From an uncultured Chloroflexia bacterium (GTDB lineage: Bacteria > Chloroflexota > Limnocylindria > Limnocylindrales > CSP1-4), in contig OY970218.1 of NCBI GenBank assembly GCA_963713975.1, positions 576,001-640,000 on the forward strand: DNA of 64,000 nt, given 5' to 3'. The translations under genes were made by a program, and so were the position numbers. The notes beneath the pieces are model-generated. The model was not told where the DNA came from and made no database searches. It saw only the letters and a program-made list of their open reading frames with translations. This document shows positions 1 through 8,089 of the stretch, piece by piece; the first letter of the stretch is position 1, and the number at the start of each line of letters is the position of its first letter.

Positions 1-2055
1 ATCGGCCTTCGCGAACGGGTGGACCGGGCGCTCGCCGCGGACTTCGCCACGGCGGGGGCAAGCCACATCGTCGCCATCTCGGGCTGGAACATCGCCATCG
101 TCGCCGGCATCGTCGGAGCGGCGATGCGCGGCCGCTCGCGACGGGTCGTGGCCATCGCCGTCGCTGGCACGATCGGGGCCTACGTCCTGGCGGCCGGGGC
201 GTCGCCGTCCGTGGTGCGGGCGGCCGTGATGGCGGCCGTCGTGCTCGGAGCCCGCGAGTCCGGACGCGCCGCCCGGGCACCCGCCGCGCTGGCCCTGGCC
301 GCGGCCGGAATGCTATTCGTGGAGCCGACGATGATCGGCGACGCCGGGTTCCGCCTGTCGGTGGCCGCGACGGCCGGGTTGCTTGCCTGGGGCACGCCAC
401 TCGGGCGGTGGATCGGTGGTCTTGGCGGCGGCCGGGTGCCCGGATGGCTCGCCGAGGCGCTCGGGATCTCGCTCGCGGCGCAGGCTGCGACGCTGCCAGA
501 CGTGCTCATGACCTTCGGGCGACTGTCGCTCGTGTCGCCGGCCGTCAACCTCGCGGTCGTGCCCCTCGTGCCGGCCGCCATGGGCGCCGGGGTGCTCGCC
601 ATGGCGGCCGGTGGCGCGACGATGCTGGGGCTGCCGGGCATTATCACCACAGTCGCGGGGCTCCCGGCCTGGCTGCTCCTCCACGTGATGGTGGGGGTCG
701 TGCGGTTCGCGGCAGGCCTGCCGTTCGCCGCCGTCACGATCCCGCCGCAAGCGGGTTGGGCCGTGGCTCTCGCAGCCGCGGCGCTCGTCCTGCTCGCCCC
801 AAGGCTGCTGAGGGAGGTGGCCCGTCGACAGGGCCGGCGCCACCGTCGACGAGCGACGGGAGCCAAGCCATCAGCCGGCAGCCGTCGGGCCAGCCCGCCA
901 CGGATCTCGCGCCTGCACCGAGTCGTGCTGGGCGTGGCCGCGGTGGTGGTCGCCGTCTCGACCCTCGCCCTCGGCGATGCGGCAGGGAGATCGACCCGCC
1001 TGGTCCTGCTGGACGTCGGCCAGGGTGACGCGATCCTCGTCGAGAGCCGGGGCGGTGGCCGGATGCTGGTCGATGGCGGGCCGGACCCGGACCGGCTGCT
1101 CGTGGAGCTGGATACCCGGATCCCACCGTGGGACCGGCGGATCGACGTCGTCGTGCTCACGCACCCCCACGAGGACCACGTCGCGGGGCTCGTACGCGTG
1201 CTCGAGCGATACCGGGTGGGACGCGTCTTCGAGCCCGGGATGCGGGGGCCGGGTCCGGGCTGGGCGGCCTGGGACGAGGCTCTCGCCCATGGCCCTCAGC
1301 GGGCAACCCTGGCCGCCGGTGCGGTGCTCCGCCTCGACGAGATCCGACTCCGCGTCCTGTGGCCCCAGCCCGGCGTTCCCGCAGCCGCCGCTTCCACGGG
1401 GCGTGGGATCAACGACACCTCGATCATCCTCCTGGGCGAGGCCGATGGGCGGCGATTCCTCCTGACCGGCGACGCGGAGGAGGACGTCGATCCACGGCTC
1501 GTGGCGGCCGGGGTGCAGCACGTCGACGTCCTCAAGGTCGCCCACCACGGCAGCGCCACGGCGACCAGCGCGGAGCTGCTGGCGGCTACGCAGCCGTCGC
1601 TCGCCCTGATCTCGGTCGGCGCGGACAACGACTACGGGCATCCGGCACCGTCGACCCTCGCCAGGCTCCGTGATGTCGGTGCCCGCGTCCGCCGGACGGA
1701 TCTCGAGGGCACCATCGAGGTCGATCTCCGCCGGGAGGGGCTCGCCGTCACGACATCCGGCGCACGCCGCACGGCGCTCGTGACGGGTCCTGTCCCTCGC
1801 ACCGCCGACACCGGCTACGATTCCGGGCATGACCGTCCCGGCGCGCCGCGAGGCCGCCAGCCTGCTGCACTCCCTGGACCCACCCGAGTGGTCCCTGCGA
1901 CACGCGTGCGCCGTCGCAGACGTGGCGTCCTGGCTGGCGCACGCGATCGCGCGGTCCGGTCATCCGGTGGACATCCGTGCCGTCGAGGCCGCCGCGCTGC
2001 TGCACGACGTGGACAAGCTCCCGGACGGGCACCAGGACGGTCTCCGCCACGGTGA
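1..2055 (+). CDS. comEC: ComEC/Rec2 competence protein (competence domain + metallo-beta-lactamase domain), 5' end truncated by window
   Basis: HIVAISGWNI and PSVVRAAVM competence motifs, TM helices, LDVGQGDAILV, LTHPHEDHVAG, LLTGDAE, LKVAHHGS, NDYGHP. The C-terminal ~75 aa overlaps the next gene and is probably non-functional. Confidence 0.93.
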   Translation: MGLRERVDRALAADFATAGASHIVAISGWNIAIVAGIVGAAMRGRSRRVVAIAVAGTIGAYVLAAGASPSVVRAAVMAAVVLGARESGRAARAPAALALAAAGMLFVEPTMIGDAGFRLSVAATAGLLAWGTPLGRWIGGLGGGRVPGWLAEALGISLAAQAATLPDVLMTFGRLSLVSPAVNLAVVPLVPAAMGAGVLAMAAGGATMLGLPGIITTVAGLPAWLLLHVMVGVVRFAAGLPFAAVTIPPQAGWAVALAAAALVLLAPRLLREVARRQGRRHRRRATGAKPSAGSRRASPPRISRLHRVVLGVAAVVVAVSTLALGDAAGRSTRLVLLDVGQGDAILVESRGGGRMLVDGGPDPDRLLVELDTRIPPWDRRIDVVVLTHPHEDHVAGLVRVLERYRVGRVFEPGMRGPGPGWAAWDEALAHGPQRATLAAGAVLRLDEIRLRVLWPQPGVPAAAASTGRGINDTSIILLGEADGRRFLLTGDAEEDVDPRLVAAGVQHVDVLKVAHHGSATATSAELLAATQPSLALISVGADNDYGHPAPSTLARLRDVGARVRRTDLEGTIEVDLRREGLAVTTSGARRTALVTGPVPRTADTGYDSGHDRPGAPRGRQPAALPGPTRVVPATRVRRRRRGVLAGARDRAVRSSGGHPCRRGRRAAARRGQAPGRAPGRSPPR

Positions 2056-2452
2056 AGGCTCCGCGGCCTGGCTTGAGGCACGCGGTCACGGCGAGCTGGC
2101 GGCGCTGGTGCGTGACCATCCCGTGACGCGCCTCGCCGACGACCTGGACGCCGAGCGCCTCGAGACGGCCCCACTCGAGGCCAAGGTGGTCGCCTATGCC
2201 GACAAGCGGGCGGGCCAGCGCCTGGAGCCCATGGCCGCCCGCTTCGCCTCGTGGAGACGCCGCTACCCACCCGGGTCCGGGGCCCGGGTCAAGCGGACGG
2301 GCGGAACGGCGTGGGACGAGGCGACGTTCGCGCTGGCGGAGGCGCGCGCCATCGCCCTGGAGCAGCAGGTCTGCGCCGCTGCCGGTGTCGCGCCCGCCGA
2401 CGTGCGTCGCCTTCACTGGTCGCGACGTGCCCTGCGGGAGGCCGCCGGGTGA
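1829..2452 (+). CDS. HD-domain phosphohydrolase
   Basis: H..LLHDVDK..H..H..YADKR HD-domain pattern. TACGAT -10 element 7 nt upstream. GTGA overlap with holA. Confidence 0.85.
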   Translation: MTVPARREAASLLHSLDPPEWSLRHACAVADVASWLAHAIARSGHPVDIRAVEAAALLHDVDKLPDGHQDGLRHGEGSAAWLEARGHGELAALVRDHPVTRLADDLDAERLETAPLEAKVVAYADKRAGQRLEPMAARFASWRRRYPPGSGARVKRTGGTAWDEATFALAEARAIALEQQVCAAAGVAPADVRRLHWSRRALREAAG

Positions 2453-3516
2453 CGGCCCCCGTGATCGCCTACTACCGCGGCGGGGACGGGTTCGCGCTCG
2501 ACCGGGCGGTGGCGAAGATCGCGACGCGCCTGGAGCAGGACACGGGCGCCGCCCCGGACCGCTGGCGCGTCACGGGCGTGGAGACCAGCGCGGACCAGAT
2601 CGCGGAGCGCGTCGGGACCGCGCCGATGTTCGGTGGCGGCTGCGTGGCGGTGGTCACCGACCCGGGGGCCCTGCTGCGCTCCAAGGACGCCCGCGAAGCC
2701 CTCGGCCGGGCGCTCGGAGTCGTCGCCCCCGGCAATGCGCTCGTGTTCGTGGAACAGGGTGACGCCGGCACGAAGCGCCCCGCGATGCTGCAGGGTCTCG
2801 AGGCCTCGGTCCTCAAGGCGGGGGGCGAATCGAGGGCGTTCGCAGCACCGAGAGCCGGCGAGCTCTCCGGCTGGCTGCGCAACCTGGCCGACGAGCGCGG
2901 CCTGGTGCTCGAGCGTGACGCCTCGGACGAGCTCGCCCGCCGTGTGGGCGGGTTCGTGAGCGAGGGTGACGTGGATCGCCAGCGGCAGGGAACCCTCGCC
3001 GCCGCCGAGCTTGAGAAGCTGGCCATCTACCGCCAGGCGGCCCCGATCACGGTCGCTGATGTGCGGGCGCTCGTCCCCGAGGTCGTCCCCGACTCGACGT
3101 GGGCGATGCTGGACGCGCTCGCCGAGCGCCGAGTGGACGTCGCGGCGCCGCTGCTCGACCGGCTGCTGGAGTCGACCCCGCTGCCGGTCGTCATCGTCCA
3201 GCTCCACCGCCGCCTCCGGGAGCTGCTGATCGCCGCCGACCACATCGCGGCCGGCAGCCGTCCGCCCGACATCGTCAAGGCGATCGGCGGGCACCCGTTC
3301 CGTGCCCAGAAGCTCGTGGAGCAGGCGCGCCGCTGGACGCTCCCGGAGCTCGATGCCGCGCTGGAGGGCGTGCTGGAGCTGGACGCGATGATCAAGGGGG
3401 CGGTCGATGCTGCGTCCACGGAGCGCCAGGTCCGGCTGGCGTTCACGCTGTGGGTCGAGGACAGGGTCGCGATCAGGCGGCCGGGATCGTCAGCGCCGCC
3501 AGCCCGGTCGAGGTAG
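2449..3516 (+). CDS. holA: DNA polymerase III delta subunit
   Basis: TAPMFGG, ELEKLAIY and GHPFRAQKL..QARRW..ELDA..KG HolA-like motifs. Canonical position after comEC. GTG start overlaps the HD gene stop. Confidence 0.88.
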   Translation: MTAPVIAYYRGGDGFALDRAVAKIATRLEQDTGAAPDRWRVTGVETSADQIAERVGTAPMFGGGCVAVVTDPGALLRSKDAREALGRALGVVAPGNALVFVEQGDAGTKRPAMLQGLEASVLKAGGESRAFAAPRAGELSGWLRNLADERGLVLERDASDELARRVGGFVSEGDVDRQRQGTLAAAELEKLAIYRQAAPITVADVRALVPEVVPDSTWAMLDALAERRVDVAAPLLDRLLESTPLPVVIVQLHRRLRELLIAADHIAAGSRPPDIVKAIGGHPFRAQKLVEQARRWTLPELDAALEGVLELDAMIKGAVDAASTERQVRLAFTLWVEDRVAIRRPGSSAPPARSR

Positions 3517-3544
3517 GTCCCAGCCCGGTCGAGGCAGGTCCCAG
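3499..3544. repeat. 21-bp tandem duplication across the holA stop codon
   Basis: CCAGCCCGGTCGAGGTAGGTC followed by CCAGCCCGGTCGAGGCAGGTC, then CCAG. Confidence 0.9.
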
Positions 3545-3549
3545 GGACA

Positions 3550-3804
3550 TCAGTCCGCGGACGACCAGGCCTCCTCCTGCATCACGAGGTCGCTCTCGAT
3601 CGCGAACACGCAGCGGCCGTCGCCCACGTCCAGCAGCTCGATCAGCTCGGGATCGATGTACAGCTGGTGGCAGTCCTCGCACAGCCCGCCGGGGATGCCG
3701 AAGCACAGTCGCTCGGTGCGGTCGGACAGCCGGAACGTGGTGTCGAAGCGCGTGATGATGAGGCGTCGGCTGCATCCAGGGCAACGATCTCGCAGGCCCG
3801 ACAT
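3550..3804 (-). CDS. Small zinc-ribbon protein (YgiT/MqsA-N-like zinc finger)
   Basis: 84 aa with CPGC...IPGGLCEDC..LYID spacing. GGAG Shine-Dalgarno-like sequence and a TAGCAT -10 upstream. Confidence 0.7.
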   Translation of the reverse strand: MSGLRDRCPGCSRRLIITRFDTTFRLSDRTERLCFGIPGGLCEDCHQLYIDPELIELLDVGDGRCVFAIESDLVMQEEAWSSAD

Positions 3805-3937
3805 CGGTGGCGCTTCTCCGGGTGGCGCCGGTCATTGCGACCGACGTCCTGATCCGGATGCTAGGAGGGGTCCCGGGCGCCCGGCATGACCCAGCGGTAC
3901 CGCTCGACCCGGTACTCCGCCGGGCCCGACGCGCCAA

Positions 3938-4387
3938 CTACTGGACCCGCACCACGACCTTCGCGCCGGACCAGTGGCGCTCCAGCTGGTAGAAGTCGCG
4001 CTCCGGCGGCGTGAACACGTGGACGATGACGCTCCCGTAGTCGATGAGCACCCAGTGGGACTGCGACGTGCCCTCGCGTCCGATGGGCTTGACCCGCTCG
4101 TCCCGCAGCCCTTCGACGATGCCGTCGGCGATGGCGCTGATCTGGCGCTCCGAGCCGCCAGAGCAGATCACGAAGGCGTCGGCGAGGGTCGTCAGGTCAC
4201 CCAGGTCGAGCAGCACGATGTCTGCCGCCTTCTTGTCCTCCGCGAGCTCCACGATCCGCCGCGCGAGGTCAAGCGGCGCGAGGTCGGACGCGGGCGCCGC
4301 GGTGTCGCGGGCCGGGAGTCCATCGGGGCGCTGGGTTGCGGAGTGGACGGGATCGGTCACGTGGTCTGGGTCCTCCGGGAGGGTCAC
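3938..4387 (-). CDS. rsfS: Ribosome silencing factor RsfS
   Basis: DKKAADIVLLD, FVICSG.SERQ, EG....WVLIDYGSVIVHVF...RDFYQLERHW. Confidence 0.96.
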   Translation of the reverse strand: MTLPEDPDHVTDPVHSATQRPDGLPARDTAAPASDLAPLDLARRIVELAEDKKAADIVLLDLGDLTTLADAFVICSGGSERQISAIADGIVEGLRDERVKPIGREGTSQSHWVLIDYGSVIVHVFTPPERDFYQLERHWSGAKVVVRVQ

Positions 4388-5043
4388 TGATAGAGGCGAT
4401 GATCGGCGATGTAGCCGGCAACCGCATCCGGCACGAGGTAGCGCACCGAACGCCCGGCGGCGGCCCGCCGGCGCACCACGCTACCCGAGATCGGCAAGAG
4501 GGGCCCTGGCAGGAAGGTGACCCGGTCCTCGAGACCCGGAAAGCGTGCCGCGACCCAGGCCGTGTCCAGGGGCTCGTAGCCGTCGCGGGGCACGACCGCA
4601 AGGCGACAAAGGGCGAGGATCCGGACGGGGTTCCGCCACGTGGGCAGGCCTGCCAGTGCCTCCGCCGAGAGGATGAACCACGGCTCCACGATCCCTCGTT
4701 CGCGCAGCGCCTCGAGCGTGTCCACGGTGTAGGAGGCCCCGCCCCGCTCCACCTCCAGGCGACTCAGCTCGAACGACGGGTTGCCCGAGATCGCGAGCCC
4801 GACCATCGCCACCCGGTCCGCGGCCTCCGTGACCGGACGGTCTGGCTTGTGAGGAGGCGTTGCAGCCGGCATGAAGATGACCCGCTCCAGCCCGAGCGCC
4901 TCGCGGGCCTCCTCGGCGATCGCCAGGTGCCCGTGGTGGACGGGATCGAAGGTGCCACCCAGGACGCCCGCCGACCCAGGCGTGATCGGGGTCGGCGGCG
5001 CAACGTCGGCGAGGGGGGCAAGGCCGATCGGGCCGTCCCTCAC
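4384..5043 (-). CDS. nadD: Nicotinate-nucleotide adenylyltransferase
   Basis: GVLGGTFDPVHHGHL, PPHK, SYTVDTL, ISGSVVR. The GTG start was chosen for its overlap with the obgE stop. Confidence 0.95.
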   Translation of the reverse strand: MRDGPIGLAPLADVAPPTPITPGSAGVLGGTFDPVHHGHLAIAEEAREALGLERVIFMPAATPPHKPDRPVTEAADRVAMVGLAISGNPSFELSRLEVERGGASYTVDTLEALRERGIVEPWFILSAEALAGLPTWRNPVRILALCRLAVVPRDGYEPLDTAWVAARFPGLEDRVTFLPGPLLPISGSVVRRRAAAGRSVRYLVPDAVAGYIADHRLYQ

Positions 5044-6329
5044 CGCTCCTCCTCGGGCGGCTCCCATTCCAGCTCGGTGACGCCGATACGGACCGTGTCG
5101 CCGGGTCGGATGCCCGCCTTGCGCAGCGCACCATCGACCCCGAGCCTCACGAGCTCGCGCTGGAACCGCTGCGCGGATTCCTCGTTCTCGAAGTTGGTCT
5201 GCACAGCCAGCCGCTCGATTCGCTTGCCCTTGACCTGGAACGCGCCATCCGGGCGCTCCAGCGTGAACCCGTCACCGGCCGCCTCGAGACGGTGGACGAC
5301 CACCCCGGCCGGCTCTGGGGGGTCGCCAAAGCCATCGACGTCCGGCAGCAGGCCCCCGATCGCGTCCCGCAGCCCGTCCAGCCCGATCTCCTCCACGGCG
5401 GAGATCTCGAGAGCCGGGAGGCCGGCCGCCCGCATGGCGGTCTCGAACGCCGGCCACGCCTCGCGCGCCGCCGCCAGGTCCATCTTGTTGAAGACCGTGA
5501 TCATCGGCTTCGCGAGCAGTGCCGGGTCGTGGGCCCTGAGCTCCTCGCGGATGACGTCGTGGTCCCAGGCCGGGTCCCGCGAGGTGCCATCCACAAGGTG
5601 GAGCAGCACCCTCGTCCGCTCGACGTGACGCAGGAAGGCGTGACCGAGGCCCGCCCCGGACGAGGCGCCCTCGATGAGGCCGGGGACGTCGGCGATGGTC
5701 GGCCGGCGGCCGTCGTCGATCCCCAGGTCCATGACGCCCAGGTTGGGCTCGAGGGTGGTGAACGGGTAGTCGGCGATCTTGGGCGTGGCGGCGGTGAGCG
5801 CCGCGAGCAGCGTGGACTTGCCCGCGTTCGGCAGGCCCACGAGGCCCACGTCTGCGATGAGCCGCAGCTCCAGGCGCAGCTCCTTCTCCTCGCCGGGCTC
5901 GCCGCGCTGCGCATGCTTGGGGGCCTGGTGCGTCGCGGTGGCGAAGTGGACGTTGCCGAGGCCGCCGCGCCCTCCCTTCGCGACCATCACCTGCTGGCCG
6001 ACGGCCACCAGGTCCGCGATGAGCCCGCCTTCGGCAGTGTCGATGACCGCCGTGCCGGGCGGAACGTCCAGGTAGAGGTCCTCTCCGGCCTTGCCATGGC
6101 GCTTCTGGCGCTCGCCCCGGCCACCGGGCGTCGCAGAGAAGCGGTGCTTGAAGCGGAAATCGTGGAGCGCGGTCTGGCCCGCATCGACGCGGAGGTAGAT
6201 GGAGCCGCCCCGTCCACCGTCGCCGCCATCGGGACCACCCCGGGGGACATGCGCCTCGCGCCGCATGGTGGCCGCTCCGTCACCGCCAGCGCCGGCGCGC
6301 ACGGAGATCAGGACATCGTCGAGGAACAT
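5040..6329 (-). CDS. obgE: GTPase ObgE
   Basis: Gly-rich Obg fold (GGPDGGDGGRGG), GLVGLPNAGKSTLL, YPFTTLEPNLG, DVPGLIEGA, NKMD and a C-terminal Obg domain. Confidence 0.98.
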   Translation of the reverse strand: MFLDDVLISVRAGAGGDGAATMRREAHVPRGGPDGGDGGRGGSIYLRVDAGQTALHDFRFKHRFSATPGGRGERQKRHGKAGEDLYLDVPPGTAVIDTAEGGLIADLVAVGQQVMVAKGGRGGLGNVHFATATHQAPKHAQRGEPGEEKELRLELRLIADVGLVGLPNAGKSTLLAALTAATPKIADYPFTTLEPNLGVMDLGIDDGRRPTIADVPGLIEGASSGAGLGHAFLRHVERTRVLLHLVDGTSRDPAWDHDVIREELRAHDPALLAKPMITVFNKMDLAAAREAWPAFETAMRAAGLPALEISAVEEIGLDGLRDAIGGLLPDVDGFGDPPEPAGVVVHRLEAAGDGFTLERPDGAFQVKGKRIERLAVQTNFENEESAQRFQRELVRLGVDGALRKAGIRPGDTVRIGVTELEWEPPEEER

Positions 6330-6380
6330 CGCGGGTATTGTCGCACGGCCCGGCGGTGGGCCCGCCGGCAGGCTCCGGCG

Positions 6381-7745
6381 CTAGAAGTAGCGCATCGGGT
6401 TGACGGGGCTGCCACCGGCCCAGGGCATGCCGCCCACCCAGACCTCGAAGTGGAGGTGCGGTCCCGTTGCCCAGCCGCTGGAGCCGAGCCGGCCGACACG
6501 CTGGCCGCGGCCGACGGACTGGCCGGTGCCGACGGACAGCGAGGACATGTGGTTGTAGGTCGTGTACAGGCCGCTGCCGTGCGAGAGCCAGACCTGCCAG
6601 CCGCCGCCGTTGGACTTCCAGCCCGCGAACACGACGCGGCCTCCGCCTGCCGCCACGACGGATGAGCCGTAGTCGCCTGCGATGTCGATGGCAGCGTGGC
6701 CGGCGTGGGAGTACTGGCTGATGTAGTTGCCACCGCCCACCACGGGCCAGTGGAACCGCCCGCCCGAGTAGTTCGCAGGTCCACCGGGCGAGACCCGGCT
6801 GCTCCCGCGAGAGCTGCCGCCGCCCGAGGCCACCCGCGGCTTGGCGACAGGCTTCGGCGTGGGCTTCGGTGTCGGGATGGGAGCACCCTTGGCCCCCGGC
6901 AGGACGAGCACCTGGCCCACGACCAGCGTCGGGTCGTCGAGTCCGTTCAGGTCGAGGATCCTGGCCGGTTTGACGCCGTGCGCGGTGGCGAGCGAATCGA
7001 GGGTGTCCGTGTCCTTGACCGTGACCACCAGGCCGGACACCGGCGGGATGCGCAGGACCTGGCCGATGTGGAGATCGTCCTTGGACTTCAGCTTGTTCGC
7101 CCACCACAGGGTCATCATCGAGACGCCGAACTTGCGCGCGATGGTGACCAGAGTGTCGCCGGACTTGACCTTGTAGCGCTCGATCAGGTCGGAGCCGTCG
7201 GCCACGTTGGTATCGGGTGCGTATCCGGTGACGAGCGTTCCGTCCTCGAGCAGGCTGTCGGGCCCCGCGCTCGCCGGCTCTGCGATGGCCTCGGTAGAGA
7301 CCTCGTCCGCAAGGACGAACGGTTGGAAGCTGGTGCTCCCGCCCTTGCGGCCCTCGAGCCCGGCCGCGACGTCGATCAGCTCGTCGGTCGGGCGGGTCAG
7401 ACCACCGTTGATGGCCAGGCGGAGACCCTGACCGCTGCCCTGGGTGCCCCCGACGGCGCCACCGGGCGTGGCGGGGAGCACGGCGAGGAGGGATGCGACC
7501 GCGACGATCGCGGCAACGACGACGGGGAGCGCGCGCTCGGCGGTCGCGAAGGGTCGCAGGGCGGCGCGGATCGATGACGAGGCGGAACCGACGGGGCGAC
7601 GGGCGAGGTCCTGCAACCACGCCTGGGCAGTACTGGCAATCCGCACGCTCCGGCGATTGACGCGGGCGATCACGGATTCTCGGTTCGGGCGGCGGCGGTC
7701 ACGCTCACGATCGAGGCGCGGCACGCCATCCGTCGGCTTCTGCAA
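6381..7745 (-). CDS. Membrane-anchored LysM x2 + M23 peptidoglycan endopeptidase
   Basis: TM segment, two LysM repeats (YKVKSGDTL.., VTVKDTDTL..), PTPK linker, HAAIDI/YNHM/GPHLHFEV. TTG start with CAGGAG Shine-Dalgarno. Confidence 0.92.
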   Translation of the reverse strand: MQKPTDGVPRLDRERDRRRPNRESVIARVNRRSVRIASTAQAWLQDLARRPVGSASSSIRAALRPFATAERALPVVVAAIVAVASLLAVLPATPGGAVGGTQGSGQGLRLAINGGLTRPTDELIDVAAGLEGRKGGSTSFQPFVLADEVSTEAIAEPASAGPDSLLEDGTLVTGYAPDTNVADGSDLIERYKVKSGDTLVTIARKFGVSMMTLWWANKLKSKDDLHIGQVLRIPPVSGLVVTVKDTDTLDSLATAHGVKPARILDLNGLDDPTLVVGQVLVLPGAKGAPIPTPKPTPKPVAKPRVASGGGSSRGSSRVSPGGPANYSGGRFHWPVVGGGNYISQYSHAGHAAIDIAGDYGSSVVAAGGGRVVFAGWKSNGGGWQVWLSHGSGLYTTYNHMSSLSVGTGQSVGRGQRVGRLGSSGWATGPHLHFEVWVGGMPWAGGSPVNPMRYF

Positions 7746-7897
7746 TACGGTCTCCTGGCGCGAGGACCGGTCTGGGACGGGCGCCTGGGGGCGCCGGCCC
7801 GGTCCTCCGGGGGTTCGCTGTTCCGGTCATCAGGTCCCCCCGAGACCCCTTCCGGCTCGTCGCCGGAAGCGACCGAACGATCGTCGGAACGTACCAG
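7746..7897 (-). promoter_or_regulatory. Extended -10 promoter (TGgTACGTT) and structured ~135-nt 5' leader
   Basis: Stems at 7849-7856/7862-7869 and 7762-7770/7799-7807. 7842-7847 is complementary to the SD region 7749-7754. Confidence 0.5.
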
Positions 7898-8089
7898 AGT
7901 GGCGGCAGACCGCGCAAACGCCCGGCTCACTGTCCGGGGCGGCGCAGGTCCGTAAGTTTGGGGCCAGACGTCCCGAATCTCGGCATATCTGGCGAGAATG
8001 CGCTGGACTGGCGAGATTCGGCGGCCTTGCGCGCCCCGACGCCGGTCGACCTGCCCGTCCGGCGCGCGTTGTGCCCGCAGGCCGCGGCC

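Noticed and set aside
7973-8021. Inverted repeat CCGAATCTCG/CGAGATTCGG downstream of rho as an intrinsic terminator
   Set aside because: The loop is about 29 nt and there is no U-tract, so it cannot be called a terminator.
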